Part shown: positions 1 to 8,425 of the stretch, one piece after another | Position numbering within the stretch: the first letter of the stretch is position 1 | Layout of the letters: each line of letters opens with the position of its first letter | Program-made: the position numbers and the translations under genes | Notes under the pieces: generated by a model | Seen by the model: only the letters and a program-made list of their open reading frames with translations | What the model was told of the DNA's origin: nothing | Database searches by the model: none | DNA from: an uncultured Alphaproteobacteria bacterium | GTDB taxonomy: Bacteria > Pseudomonadota > Alphaproteobacteria > UBA7879 > VGCX01 | Reading direction: 5' to 3' | DNA: 64,000 nt | NCBI GenBank assembly: GCA_913061155.1 | Contig: CAJXSI010000003.1 | Coordinates: 1,576-65,575, forward strand

Positions 1-219
1 AAAAATAATAAGAAAAAATAAAAAAATGTGTTTAACCATAGCCAATCCTGTTTTTTGTTTATTTATACAGTACAAGTCTAAATTCTTATTTGCAGGAAAT
101 CAACAAGTATATAAGGGAATAATGAAACCAAAAATAATGCTTACTTATTTCAAATCACGTTTTTTATTTAAAAGGTCTTTGGCGGGGGGGGCCAGTAATT
201 GCTGTGCCCTACAGAAGGT

Positions 220-792
220 CTAAGCCCTCTGGTTTTTTAAAAGGTCTTGACGAAGATCTTTAAATTCTCCTGCTGGATTCATCCAAATACCAAAATATTT
301 TTTGGCGAAATCCATATCTTTAATTTCCCCATATAGTTTATTATTAAAGTAAAAGTCGATGGACTTATTCGGGTTGTATATCACAGTCCAGGTCTGTTTT
401 GGTTTAATCTTTGCTGGATAAATTTTCTTAAGGTAACCTTCGTACTTTCCCAATTTTTCATCCGACACATGGTTATTATCATATATCTTTTTTAAGGTTT
501 CTTTTATAAGGTCTTCTTGGGTAACTTCAATTTCTTGCCAGGCCTGAAGGGCCAATCTATTGCTATATTTATACTGATTATTTTCTGCCCATAATGCTAA
601 TTTATACACCGTAAACATATATTTGGTAACAGATCCTTGTCCCATAGGGGATTGGTTCCCGAAAAATTTTGATATCACTGGAGAGTTATTTTTGAAAACT
701 TGTGGCGTTGCCGCAAACGCAAACAAGCAGAAAAAGCCCAACACCAAGCATCCCAATACAGTTTTTTTATGTTTTTTCACAGTCCCCGTCAT
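220..792 (-). CDS. hypothetical exported protein
   Basis: 190-aa ORF with a hydrophobic N-terminal segment (LGCLVLGFFCLFAFAA) consistent with a signal peptide. No catalytic motif recognised. Confidence 0.4.
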   Translation of the reverse strand: MTGTVKKHKKTVLGCLVLGFFCLFAFAATPQVFKNNSPVISKFFGNQSPMGQGSVTKYMFTVYKLALWAENNQYKYSNRLALQAWQEIEVTQEDLIKETLKKIYDNNHVSDEKLGKYEGYLKKIYPAKIKPKQTWTVIYNPNKSIDFYFNNKLYGEIKDMDFAKKYFGIWMNPAGEFKDLRQDLLKNQRA

Positions 793-926
793 TTATTTAT
801 TTTTTTATTTAGTTTGCCCCAAAGTTAAAATAAAGTCAATTTCAACTATGGGTGTCTATTCTTTTGCATTTTTTAAACAAAAAAGATAATATACGGATAG
901 TCATATTTTTTAATATTCAAGGACCA

Positions 927-3236
927 ATGATACAAAAATCAAATAACATTATAGATTCCAGCTTTACAAGTTTCATAAAAAAAAGAACCCTTGAATTGGC
1001 AGGTATCATTCTGATTATTTTGGCGGCAGCTGTCGTTGTGGTTTTATTAACCTATCATCCGGCAGATCCTTCACTTAACTCTATCAACACGCAAGGGGTC
1101 CTTAATAAATTGGGGATACCGGGTGCTTATATTGCTGATATTCTTATTCAGTGGGTCGGGTTTTCAAGCTATCTTTTGGTGCCAACATTTATAATCTGGG
1201 GCCTGCACATTATAACCAAGCACAAAGTAAATCTTTTTAAACTGCGCATCGCAAGTTTTCTTTTTGGAACTTTTTTTCTGGGTGCCAGCATTACCCCCTT
1301 TTCTTTTCCATTTGATTCCTGGGAAGCCATCTATCCCGAAGGGATTATAGGGAAAGTTTTATATCAGAACTCCTTATTCCTAAGCACTTATTTTAACATT
1401 CCTAGTTTTGTAAATATTTTATTTTTTATTATTTTTGGTTTAAGTTTTCTTCTTTTTTCCTGGGGAATTCCTTTGAAAGTATGGAAGGCTGGGGGGCAGA
1501 CACTAAAGTCTATTGTTATTCAGCCCGTCTTGATTTTAAAGGGTTTGGTTCAAAAGCGTAAAAATACAGAATCTTTAATTATTGCCCAAGAGCCTGTTGT
1601 TTCAGAAGGTACTTTCAGGCAAGAATTTCCTGAAGAAACCCTACAGTCCCAGGCTTCTCTGTTTAAAAAGGTTGCCAAAAAACCCTCTGTTTCCCCAAAA
1701 ATTTCCAGGTCTGATTATGGGCAAACTATAGATGGCTATACATTCCCATCCACCACCCTTATGCAAGAAGGGGCGGTTTTTAATGGAAAAATTTCAGGCC
1801 AAAGCCAGGCCTTAAAAGAAAGTGGCGAAATGCTTAAGTCAACACTGGATGACTTTGGCATAAAAGGGGAAATTACAAATATTAAACCGGGTCCTGTGGT
1901 TACATTGTATGAATTTAAACCAGCCCCTGGAACAAAATCTTCCCGCGTTATCAGTCTGTCTGATGATATTGCCCGATCCATGAGTTCTGTTTCTGCCCGT
2001 ATTTCTGTTATTCCTGGCTACAATGCCATTGGCATTGAATTGCCGAATGCCAAACGTCAAACTGTTTATATGCGTCCTATGCTTGAAGACAAATCTTATA
2101 CACAAACATCTTGCAAGTTACCGCTTGCTTTAGGGTGTGATATTGGGGGAAGTCCCGTTATTGTCGACATCACAAAAATGCCGCATTTACTTGTTGCGGG
2201 AACAACAGGTTCAGGAAAATCTGTATCCATTAACACCATGATTTTATCCTTAATTTACCACCTGACACCTGATGAATGTAAGTTCATTATGATTGATCCG
2301 AAAATGTTGGAATTATCCGTGTACGATGGTATTCCGCATTTATTGACCCCTGTGGTGACAGATCCCCACAAAGCCATTATGGCCTTGAAATGGGCCGTTC
2401 GCGAAATGGAAAGCCGGTATCAATCCATGTCCAGAATAGGGGTTCGTAATATCGATGGCTATAATAAAAAAATTATGGAAGCCAAAGCAAAAGGGCAAAA
2501 AATTACACGCAATATTCAAACAGGTTTTGATACTGAAACAGGGCAACCTATTTATGAAGACCAAGAACTTCCCTTAGAACGCCTTCCTTATATTGTCGTT
2601 ATTGTTGATGAAATGGCTGACTTGATGTTAGTTGCCGGAAAAGATATTGAAGGGGCTGTTCAGCGTCTTGCCCAAATGGCAAGGGCGGCAGGCATTCACT
2701 TAATTATGGCAACGCAGCGTCCTTCGGTTGATGTGATCACCGGAACCATTAAAGCAAACTTTCCAACACGCGTTAGCTTCAGCGTTACATCAAAAATCGA
2801 TAGCCGCACCATTCTTGGGGAACAAGGGGCGGAACAGCTTTTAGGACAAGGGGATATGCTTTATATGGCCCCAGGCGGACGCATTACACGTGTTCATGGC
2901 CCCTTTGTTGAAGATGATGAAGTTGAACGTCTTGTTCATTTCTTGAAATCACAAGGCGAACCCAAATATGAAACCTCTGTCATTTCCGAAGAAAATGGTG
3001 ATTTTGGATCCATCTTAGGTGGCGGTGAAGGTAAAGATTCCGGCGACGCCCTTTATGATCAAGCCCTTGCCTTGATTGTAAAAGATCGCAAAGCATCCAC
3101 AAGCTATATCCAAAGATGTCTTCAAATTGGGTATAACCGTGCAGCAAGAATAATGGACCGAATGGAAAAAGAAGGGGTTGTCAGCCCCGCAAACCATGTC
3201 GGAAAACGTGAAATTTTATTAAATTCCCGGGATTAA
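927..3236 (+). CDS. ftsK: DNA translocase FtsK
   Basis: N-terminal TM segments, Walker A (GTTGSGKSV), the FtsK/SpoIIIE motor region and a C-terminal gamma domain. The start is moved to the internal ATG at 927 (MIQKS...) because the upstream extension from 852 is poorly conserved-looking. Confidence 0.9.
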   Translation: MIQKSNNIIDSSFTSFIKKRTLELAGIILIILAAAVVVVLLTYHPADPSLNSINTQGVLNKLGIPGAYIADILIQWVGFSSYLLVPTFIIWGLHIITKHKVNLFKLRIASFLFGTFFLGASITPFSFPFDSWEAIYPEGIIGKVLYQNSLFLSTYFNIPSFVNILFFIIFGLSFLLFSWGIPLKVWKAGGQTLKSIVIQPVLILKGLVQKRKNTESLIIAQEPVVSEGTFRQEFPEETLQSQASLFKKVAKKPSVSPKISRSDYGQTIDGYTFPSTTLMQEGAVFNGKISGQSQALKESGEMLKSTLDDFGIKGEITNIKPGPVVTLYEFKPAPGTKSSRVISLSDDIARSMSSVSARISVIPGYNAIGIELPNAKRQTVYMRPMLEDKSYTQTSCKLPLALGCDIGGSPVIVDITKMPHLLVAGTTGSGKSVSINTMILSLIYHLTPDECKFIMIDPKMLELSVYDGIPHLLTPVVTDPHKAIMALKWAVREMESRYQSMSRIGVRNIDGYNKKIMEAKAKGQKITRNIQTGFDTETGQPIYEDQELPLERLPYIVVIVDEMADLMLVAGKDIEGAVQRLAQMARAAGIHLIMATQRPSVDVITGTIKANFPTRVSFSVTSKIDSRTILGEQGAEQLLGQGDMLYMAPGGRITRVHGPFVEDDEVERLVHFLKSQGEPKYETSVISEENGDFGSILGGGEGKDSGDALYDQALALIVKDRKASTSYIQRCLQIGYNRAARIMDRMEKEGVVSPANHVGKREILLNSRD

Positions 3237-3797
3237 ATGCGTATTTTATTTATCATAGTCATACTTTTTTGCCAGTCTTCTTTTGCAGGCCCTTTGGAAA
3301 ATATAGAAAAAAAGGTAAATGCCACAACATCCTGGCAATCAGATTTTGTTCAAACAACCAATGGTCAGGCGGCTGAACAAGGAAAATTATATGTTGAAAA
3401 ACCTGGCAAGCTAAGATTTATATATAAAAATGCCCCCTATACAATTTATGCTGATGGGACCAATTTAATCTATTATGATGAAAATATTGATCAGCCTACT
3501 TATATGGAAATTGACAAAACACCGGCGATGCTGTTATTGAAAGATTCTTTGAAATTTATTGATATTGGCCTTATCAAAAAAATAACGACGACAGGAAAAA
3601 ATATCCAAATTGAAATTGACCTTCCGGATGGGTCCCTGATTAACCTTTCCTTTGATGCAAAATCTTATTTTTTAAATGGGTGGGTGATAAAGGATTTTCA
3701 AGGAAACGTTATCAACGTATCCCTGTCAAATATCAAAGTTGATCAGCCTATTAACACAGACTTATTTGAATTCAAACGAAAAAGGTTTCTTAATTAA
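3237..3797 (+). CDS. lolA: outer-membrane lipoprotein carrier protein LolA
   Basis: 186 aa with a signal peptide. It lies directly downstream of ftsK, which is conserved ftsK-lolA synteny, and has LolA-like length and composition. Confidence 0.7.
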   Translation: MRILFIIVILFCQSSFAGPLENIEKKVNATTSWQSDFVQTTNGQAAEQGKLYVEKPGKLRFIYKNAPYTIYADGTNLIYYDENIDQPTYMEIDKTPAMLLLKDSLKFIDIGLIKKITTTGKNIQIEIDLPDGSLINLSFDAKSYFLNGWVIKDFQGNVINVSLSNIKVDQPINTDLFEFKRKRFLN

Positions 3798-3810
3798 TTA
3801 AGAAACCTTT
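3781..3810. terminator. perfect 15/15 palindrome (aaaggtttcttaatt/aattaagaaaccttt). Likely a bidirectional terminator between lolA (+) and rpmJ (-)
   Basis: An inverted repeat seen directly in the sequence. It overlaps the lolA stop and is followed by a T-rich tract. Confidence 0.45.
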
Positions 3811-3880
3811 GCAAACTTTTTGATTATGAAGGAAAAATCTATTTAGGCAAGATTATCCTTCAGTCATTAATCTTTTAAAA

Positions 3881-4006
3881 TTAACCCTGACGCGCTTTAA
3901 AGCGTGGGTTCTTTTTGTTAATAACATAAACGCGGCCATTACGACGAATGACTTGACAATTTTTGTCTCTTTTTTTCAATGTTTTTAATGAGCTAACAAC
4001 TTTCAT
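3881..4006 (-). CDS. rpmJ: 50S ribosomal protein L36
   Basis: Reverse-strand translation gives [41 protein letters not shown] (41 aa), the classic L36 sequence. It is missed by the ORF track because it is shorter than 60 aa. Confidence 0.85.
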   Translation of the reverse strand: MKVVSSLKTLKKRDKNCQVIRRNGRVYVINKKNPRFKARQG

Positions 4007-4128
4007 TTTAAATCCTTAATTTCTAAGCTAGAGTATATTTAGCAACGCCCCGCCATTATGTCAAGTCTGAATTCAAGAAACTTAACAAAAACAGCTGAAA
4101 TACTGCAACGATTTTAACCCGACCGATT

Positions 4129-4719
4129 TTATTCGCGGGTCCATTTTTTTGATGGATTAACTTTAATCCGTGGTGCTTTTAATAATGTGGAAACTGCATC
4201 TTCAACATTATCAACAAAACAGAAAATATTATCATCTGTTGATGAGGCGAATTTCTTTTCAACGATTGAATACATTAAGTCTTTTAAGGGCGTCCAAAAC
4301 CCACCCACATTAACGATTACAATTGGTTTGTCATGAAGGCCGATTTGCTTCCAGGTGATAACTTCAAATAATTCTTCCAATGTTCCAAACCCACCTGGCA
4401 TTATGATAAAACCATCGGATTCTTCAAACATCATGTTTTTACGTGCATGCATATCATCCGCAACTTTAAGTTCAGTCAGGCCTTTATGCCCAACTTCATA
4501 CTGATCTAAATGCTTTGTTGTAACACCAAATACTTCGCCACCATCGGCCATAACTTGGTCAGCAACAGCCCCCATTAATCCAACATGGCCACCGCCATAA
4601 ACAAGGCGCAGATTGTGTTTTGCAATATCTTTTGCAAGAATTTTTGCGTTTTCAAAATAGTGTTGTTCAATATTTGCAGAAGCGCTGCAATATACTGCAA
4701 CAGACTTGACTTGTGTCAT
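4129..4719 (-). CDS. LOG-family cytokinin riboside 5'-monophosphate phosphoribohydrolase (TIGR00730)
   Basis: Motifs GGGHVGLMG and PGGFGTLEE. Confidence 0.8.
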   Translation of the reverse strand: MTQVKSVAVYCSASANIEQHYFENAKILAKDIAKHNLRLVYGGGHVGLMGAVADQVMADGGEVFGVTTKHLDQYEVGHKGLTELKVADDMHARKNMMFEESDGFIIMPGGFGTLEELFEVITWKQIGLHDKPIVIVNVGGFWTPLKDLMYSIVEKKFASSTDDNIFCFVDNVEDAVSTLLKAPRIKVNPSKKWTRE

Positions 4720-4804
4720 TATTTATCCTATTGAGGTTAATATACAAAGTACAAAATAATGATATTATATTCTTTTGTCTAGAAAAAAGAAGAGGAACCA
4801 TAAA

Positions 4805-5491
4805 GTGTTAAAGAAAATTTTCCCCCCAATTCACCCCGAAGGTATTATTTTTGGCGTTATTTTCGCTATTGTAACAACTATCTTGTGGCAGTTACATGCG
4901 TCCTTAGGCATTGTTGGATCCATTTTTACTGCCTGGTGTTTATATTTCTTTAGGAATCCTGATCGCGTTACCCCAAGTGACTCTGATCTGGTTATCAGCC
5001 CAGCTGATGGGATTGTTCAATCCATTACTGACGTTATCCCACCAGAAGAATTAGACTTAGGAAAAGAAAAATTAACCCGCGTCAGTGTTTTCATGAATGT
5101 TTTCAATGTGCATGTTAATCGTATTCCGATAAATGGAACCATTCGTAAAATCCATTATCATAAAGGCAAATTTTTTAATGCCTCTTTAGACAAGGCAAGC
5201 ATTCACAACGAACGTCAATGCTTTATGATTGAACATGCCAGTAAGGCAAAGATTGGTTTTATCCAGATTGCAGGCCTTATTGCCCGACGTATTCGTTGCG
5301 ATATTTCAGAAGAACAAACACTGCGGGCTGGTCAACGTTTTGGGCTTATTCGCTTTGGAAGCCGCGTTGATGTATTTCTTCCCAAAGGGGTGAATCCTCT
5401 TGTTATCGAGGGGCAAATAGCCGTCGCAGGGGAAACAGTTCTTGCAAATCTAAAATCGAAAGAAGAACAAAGACATGGCGAAATCAGATAA
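4805..5491 (+). CDS. psd: phosphatidylserine decarboxylase proenzyme (short alphaproteobacterial type)
   Basis: Motifs AWCLYFFRNPDR and ISPADG, plus the FGSRVD cleavage-site region. The start is taken at the GTG at 4805, which follows an AAGAGGAA RBS. The ORF track begins at a TTG at 4775. Confidence 0.8.
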   Translation: MLKKIFPPIHPEGIIFGVIFAIVTTILWQLHASLGIVGSIFTAWCLYFFRNPDRVTPSDSDLVISPADGIVQSITDVIPPEELDLGKEKLTRVSVFMNVFNVHVNRIPINGTIRKIHYHKGKFFNASLDKASIHNERQCFMIEHASKAKIGFIQIAGLIARRIRCDISEEQTLRAGQRFGLIRFGSRVDVFLPKGVNPLVIEGQIAVAGETVLANLKSKEEQRHGEIR

Positions 5492-6248
5492 AACAGAGTC
5501 AACTCTGTCACAGAAAAAACTTAAAAGTCTGCCCTTTACAAGATTTATTCCCAATCTTATAACTCTTGCAGCCCTGTGTATTGGCCTAAGTGCCATTCAG
5601 TTTTCATTAAACGAACGTTGGGAAATTGCCGTCCTTTCCATCTTTGTGGCTGGCCTTTTGGATGGTATGGATGGAAGGGTTGCCCGAATTTTAAACTCCC
5701 CCAGTAAATTTGGAGCGGAATTAGATTCTTTGGCTGATTTTTGCAATTTTGGATTCGCCCCTGCTGTTGTTCTATATTTATATGGCCTTAATCAACTTGG
5801 CCGCATTGGGTGGGCTGTATGCTTGTTTTATGTAATGTGCATGGCTTTGCGCCTTGCAAGGTTCAATACTTTGATAGATGTTCCAGAAAAAAACCAGCCG
5901 CTTTCTTCAAAGTTTTTTATGGGAACTTCGGCCCCAGTCACAGCCATGCTTGTTCTGTTGCCAATGATTATAGATTTTCAAATAGCCCCAAACCATTTAC
6001 CAGATTTTATTTCTGCTTTGTTAATGGTTGCCATTGGCTGTTTGGCTGTCAGTAAAATCCCCACATTTTCTTTTAAAGGGGGGCATATTCCAAGAAAATA
6101 TATTCTTCCTCTATTTTTATTCACCTTAGGAACCCTTGCGGGATTGGTGATGTTTACCTGGTCGACCCTAACTTTCGTAGGCATATTGTACGTTTCCCTT
6201 ATTCCCATCAGCGCCAGACAAGCAAAAAAAGAAGCTGCGGGGAAATAA
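5475..6248 (+). CDS. pssA: CDP-diacylglycerol--serine O-phosphatidyltransferase
   Basis: CDP-alcohol phosphatidyltransferase motif DGMDGRVAR...G...D, multiple TM segments, and overlap with psd (operon). Confidence 0.85.
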   Translation: MAKSDKTESTLSQKKLKSLPFTRFIPNLITLAALCIGLSAIQFSLNERWEIAVLSIFVAGLLDGMDGRVARILNSPSKFGAELDSLADFCNFGFAPAVVLYLYGLNQLGRIGWAVCLFYVMCMALRLARFNTLIDVPEKNQPLSSKFFMGTSAPVTAMLVLLPMIIDFQIAPNHLPDFISALLMVAIGCLAVSKIPTFSFKGGHIPRKYILPLFLFTLGTLAGLVMFTWSTLTFVGILYVSLIPISARQAKKEAAGK

Positions 6249-6310
6249 GCTTAATTCCTTGATATAAATCAAAACTATGATAAACTTTTGTTGTCTATCT
6301 GGAGGTTATA

Positions 6311-6925
6311 ATGACTAAATATATTATTCTATTTGTGGGATTCCTTGTTTCTTTTGCTTCTTTATCAAATGCAAAATTACAAACATTTACCGGTACATAT
6401 GCGGGCGTCATCGCTGACTTAGGCAGCACAGGTATTACAGTCGATGACACAAAAACAACACCTGACACACGTTATAAACTTACGGGATCAACCTATAACA
6501 TTGGGGCCATCGCCGGAATTGGACGTGCTTGGCAAAGATTTTACTTAGGCTTTGAGGCAGGCGTTGGTTATAACGGCGGGAACATCAAAAAAAATGAGGC
6601 CAAATTATCCCAGGGCTTTAACTTTGATATTGCCACCCGCATCGGAAGGCCTGTTCACGATGCTGCGATCATGCCTTACTTACGTTTTGCTTTGACCTAT
6701 CAAACCATGACTTTCAGCACAACCTCTGACTATAATTTTTATACCTACGGGTTTCAACCAGGTCTTGGGGTTGAATTTATTGTTGATCCAACTTGGCGAG
6801 TCCGTGCCGAGGCTGCTTACAATATTGGCATTCATTCCACCAACTTACCGGCGCAATACAAAATAAAAAGTAAGCCATCCAGCTTTGTTGGGCGAATTGG
6901 GGTTACCCGTAAATTAAGTAAATAA
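6311..6925 (+). CDS. putative outer-membrane beta-barrel protein
   Basis: Signal peptide ending in SNA. Alternating hydrophobic/aromatic-rich strands (YNIG, YLGFEAGVGY, RAEAAYNIG). Confidence 0.45.
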   Translation: MTKYIILFVGFLVSFASLSNAKLQTFTGTYAGVIADLGSTGITVDDTKTTPDTRYKLTGSTYNIGAIAGIGRAWQRFYLGFEAGVGYNGGNIKKNEAKLSQGFNFDIATRIGRPVHDAAIMPYLRFALTYQTMTFSTTSDYNFYTYGFQPGLGVEFIVDPTWRVRAEAAYNIGIHSTNLPAQYKIKSKPSSFVGRIGVTRKLSK

Positions 6926-6980
6926 TTATTTGAGAAAACAAAAAGCTATCTTTATTTTATAGAAAAAACATAGAAATTTT

Positions 6981-8390
6981 ATGCGCGTTATCTTATACGA
7001 ATTGAACGAAGTTCCCTGGAAAATCATAGACATATTTGTTAAGAAATATCCAAAATCCGCCCTTGCGGAAATTTTAAATCATTCCTTACAGTATACAACT
7101 GTTACGAAAGATTCGGGTGAACTGCATCCTTGGACAACTTGGCCTTCTTTCCACCGGGGCGTTTACAATAATGATCATAATATTTGCTTTTTAAACCAAG
7201 AAATAAAAACACCTTACAAGCCGACTTGGGAAATACTTTCCGATCATAAATTGCCTGTTGGCGTTTTTGGTAGCCTTCAATCCTGGCCTGTTCCAAAAAA
7301 AGGGGCCTATGTATTTTATGTTCCCGATACATTTGCCCAAACATCTGAAACGCATCCTAAATCAGTTCAGCCTTTTCAGAAATTTAATTTAGAACAGACA
7401 AAGCGGGATGGCGGCGTTGCGGCAAAATCAATACAAGCTTCGCCTGAATTCTTAAAAAATCTGATTTCGATGATCCTTAGTGGCATCCGCATGCCAACCT
7501 TATTTGCCTTGGGGAGCCAATTAATTAATGAAAAACTTAATAGGAATTTCAAGGCAATTCGGTCGATTTATCAATCCCCTGTTGCTTTTGATTTTTTCTT
7601 CAAACTTTTGAAACAAAGAAAACCACAATACGCCACTTTTTTCACAAATCACACGGCGGGCATGATGCATCGCTATTGGAAACACCTATTTCCAAAAGAT
7701 TTTAATTATACATTAAAAGGCGATGATGACGCTTTCAAAGCCCAGGCCATTATAAGGGCTATGAAAATAACGGATAATCAGCTGCGCCAATTAAAAAAAC
7801 TTGCTGACATGGATGGGACAACCTTGATTATTGCCTCAAGCATGGGACAAGATGCCATTGATAGGGGTGAATTTCTTGGGGAATTACACATCGCAAATCT
7901 TAAGAAGTTTTACAAAGCGTTGGATTATGGGCGGCCAATTAAAAATAATCTTGCGATGAGTCCTGATTATTCTTTTACCTTTAAAAAAGCCGCTGACTTA
8001 ACGGCTTTTCAAAAATCCGTTGCCGCTTTAAGAAATAAAAAGGGGACATCTGTTTTTTCTTTTAAGAAATCTGGATTAACGCTTAATTGTAATTTACAAA
8101 CGAATGCCAGTATTATTAAAGACGGGGCCTTATACCGAGGCACAGAAAAGAAAAAAGAAGAACTTACCCTTAATCATCTGGGCATCACTGTCGAACAAAG
8201 GGATCAAGGGACGGCTTATCACATCCCTGAAGGGACAGCGATTTTCTATCGCAAAAACCTTGTTCCAGAAAAAAGCCGTAAAAAAATCCAATTATCTTAT
8301 ATGGCCCCTACAATTTTAAGTTTGTTTGATATATCCCTGCCTAAGTATATGAAAAAGCCTTTGAAAGAAATCACACAAAGGCTAAGATAA
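6981..8390 (+). CDS. hypothetical protein, possibly alkaline-phosphatase-superfamily-like
   Basis: The N-terminus (ILYELNEVPW ... HPWTTWPSFHRG) loosely resembles the metal-binding N-terminal motifs of type I phosphodiesterase/nucleotide pyrophosphatase. The assignment is weak. Confidence 0.35.
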   Translation: MRVILYELNEVPWKIIDIFVKKYPKSALAEILNHSLQYTTVTKDSGELHPWTTWPSFHRGVYNNDHNICFLNQEIKTPYKPTWEILSDHKLPVGVFGSLQSWPVPKKGAYVFYVPDTFAQTSETHPKSVQPFQKFNLEQTKRDGGVAAKSIQASPEFLKNLISMILSGIRMPTLFALGSQLINEKLNRNFKAIRSIYQSPVAFDFFFKLLKQRKPQYATFFTNHTAGMMHRYWKHLFPKDFNYTLKGDDDAFKAQAIIRAMKITDNQLRQLKKLADMDGTTLIIASSMGQDAIDRGEFLGELHIANLKKFYKALDYGRPIKNNLAMSPDYSFTFKKAADLTAFQKSVAALRNKKGTSVFSFKKSGLTLNCNLQTNASIIKDGALYRGTEKKKEELTLNHLGITVEQRDQGTAYHIPEGTAIFYRKNLVPEKSRKKIQLSYMAPTILSLFDISLPKYMKKPLKEITQRLR

Positions 8391-8425
8391 TTGAAAGTTC
8401 TTTTAATAATGAACAAAGGATAATT

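Noticed and set aside
26-223. 65-aa ORF at the window start
   Set aside because: It lies in AT-rich intergenic sequence containing the poly-G tract, with no RBS and a low-complexity translation.
852-926. Upstream 25-codon extension of the ftsK ORF
   Set aside because: The residues MSILLHFLNKKDNIRIVIFFNIQGP look like translated AT-rich intergenic DNA. The internal ATG at 927 gives a normal FtsK N-terminus.
4775-4804. TTG start for psd as given in the ORF track
   Set aside because: A GTG ten codons downstream follows an AAGAGGAA Shine-Dalgarno and gives an N-terminus of the length seen in short-form Psd proteins. The TTG has no RBS.
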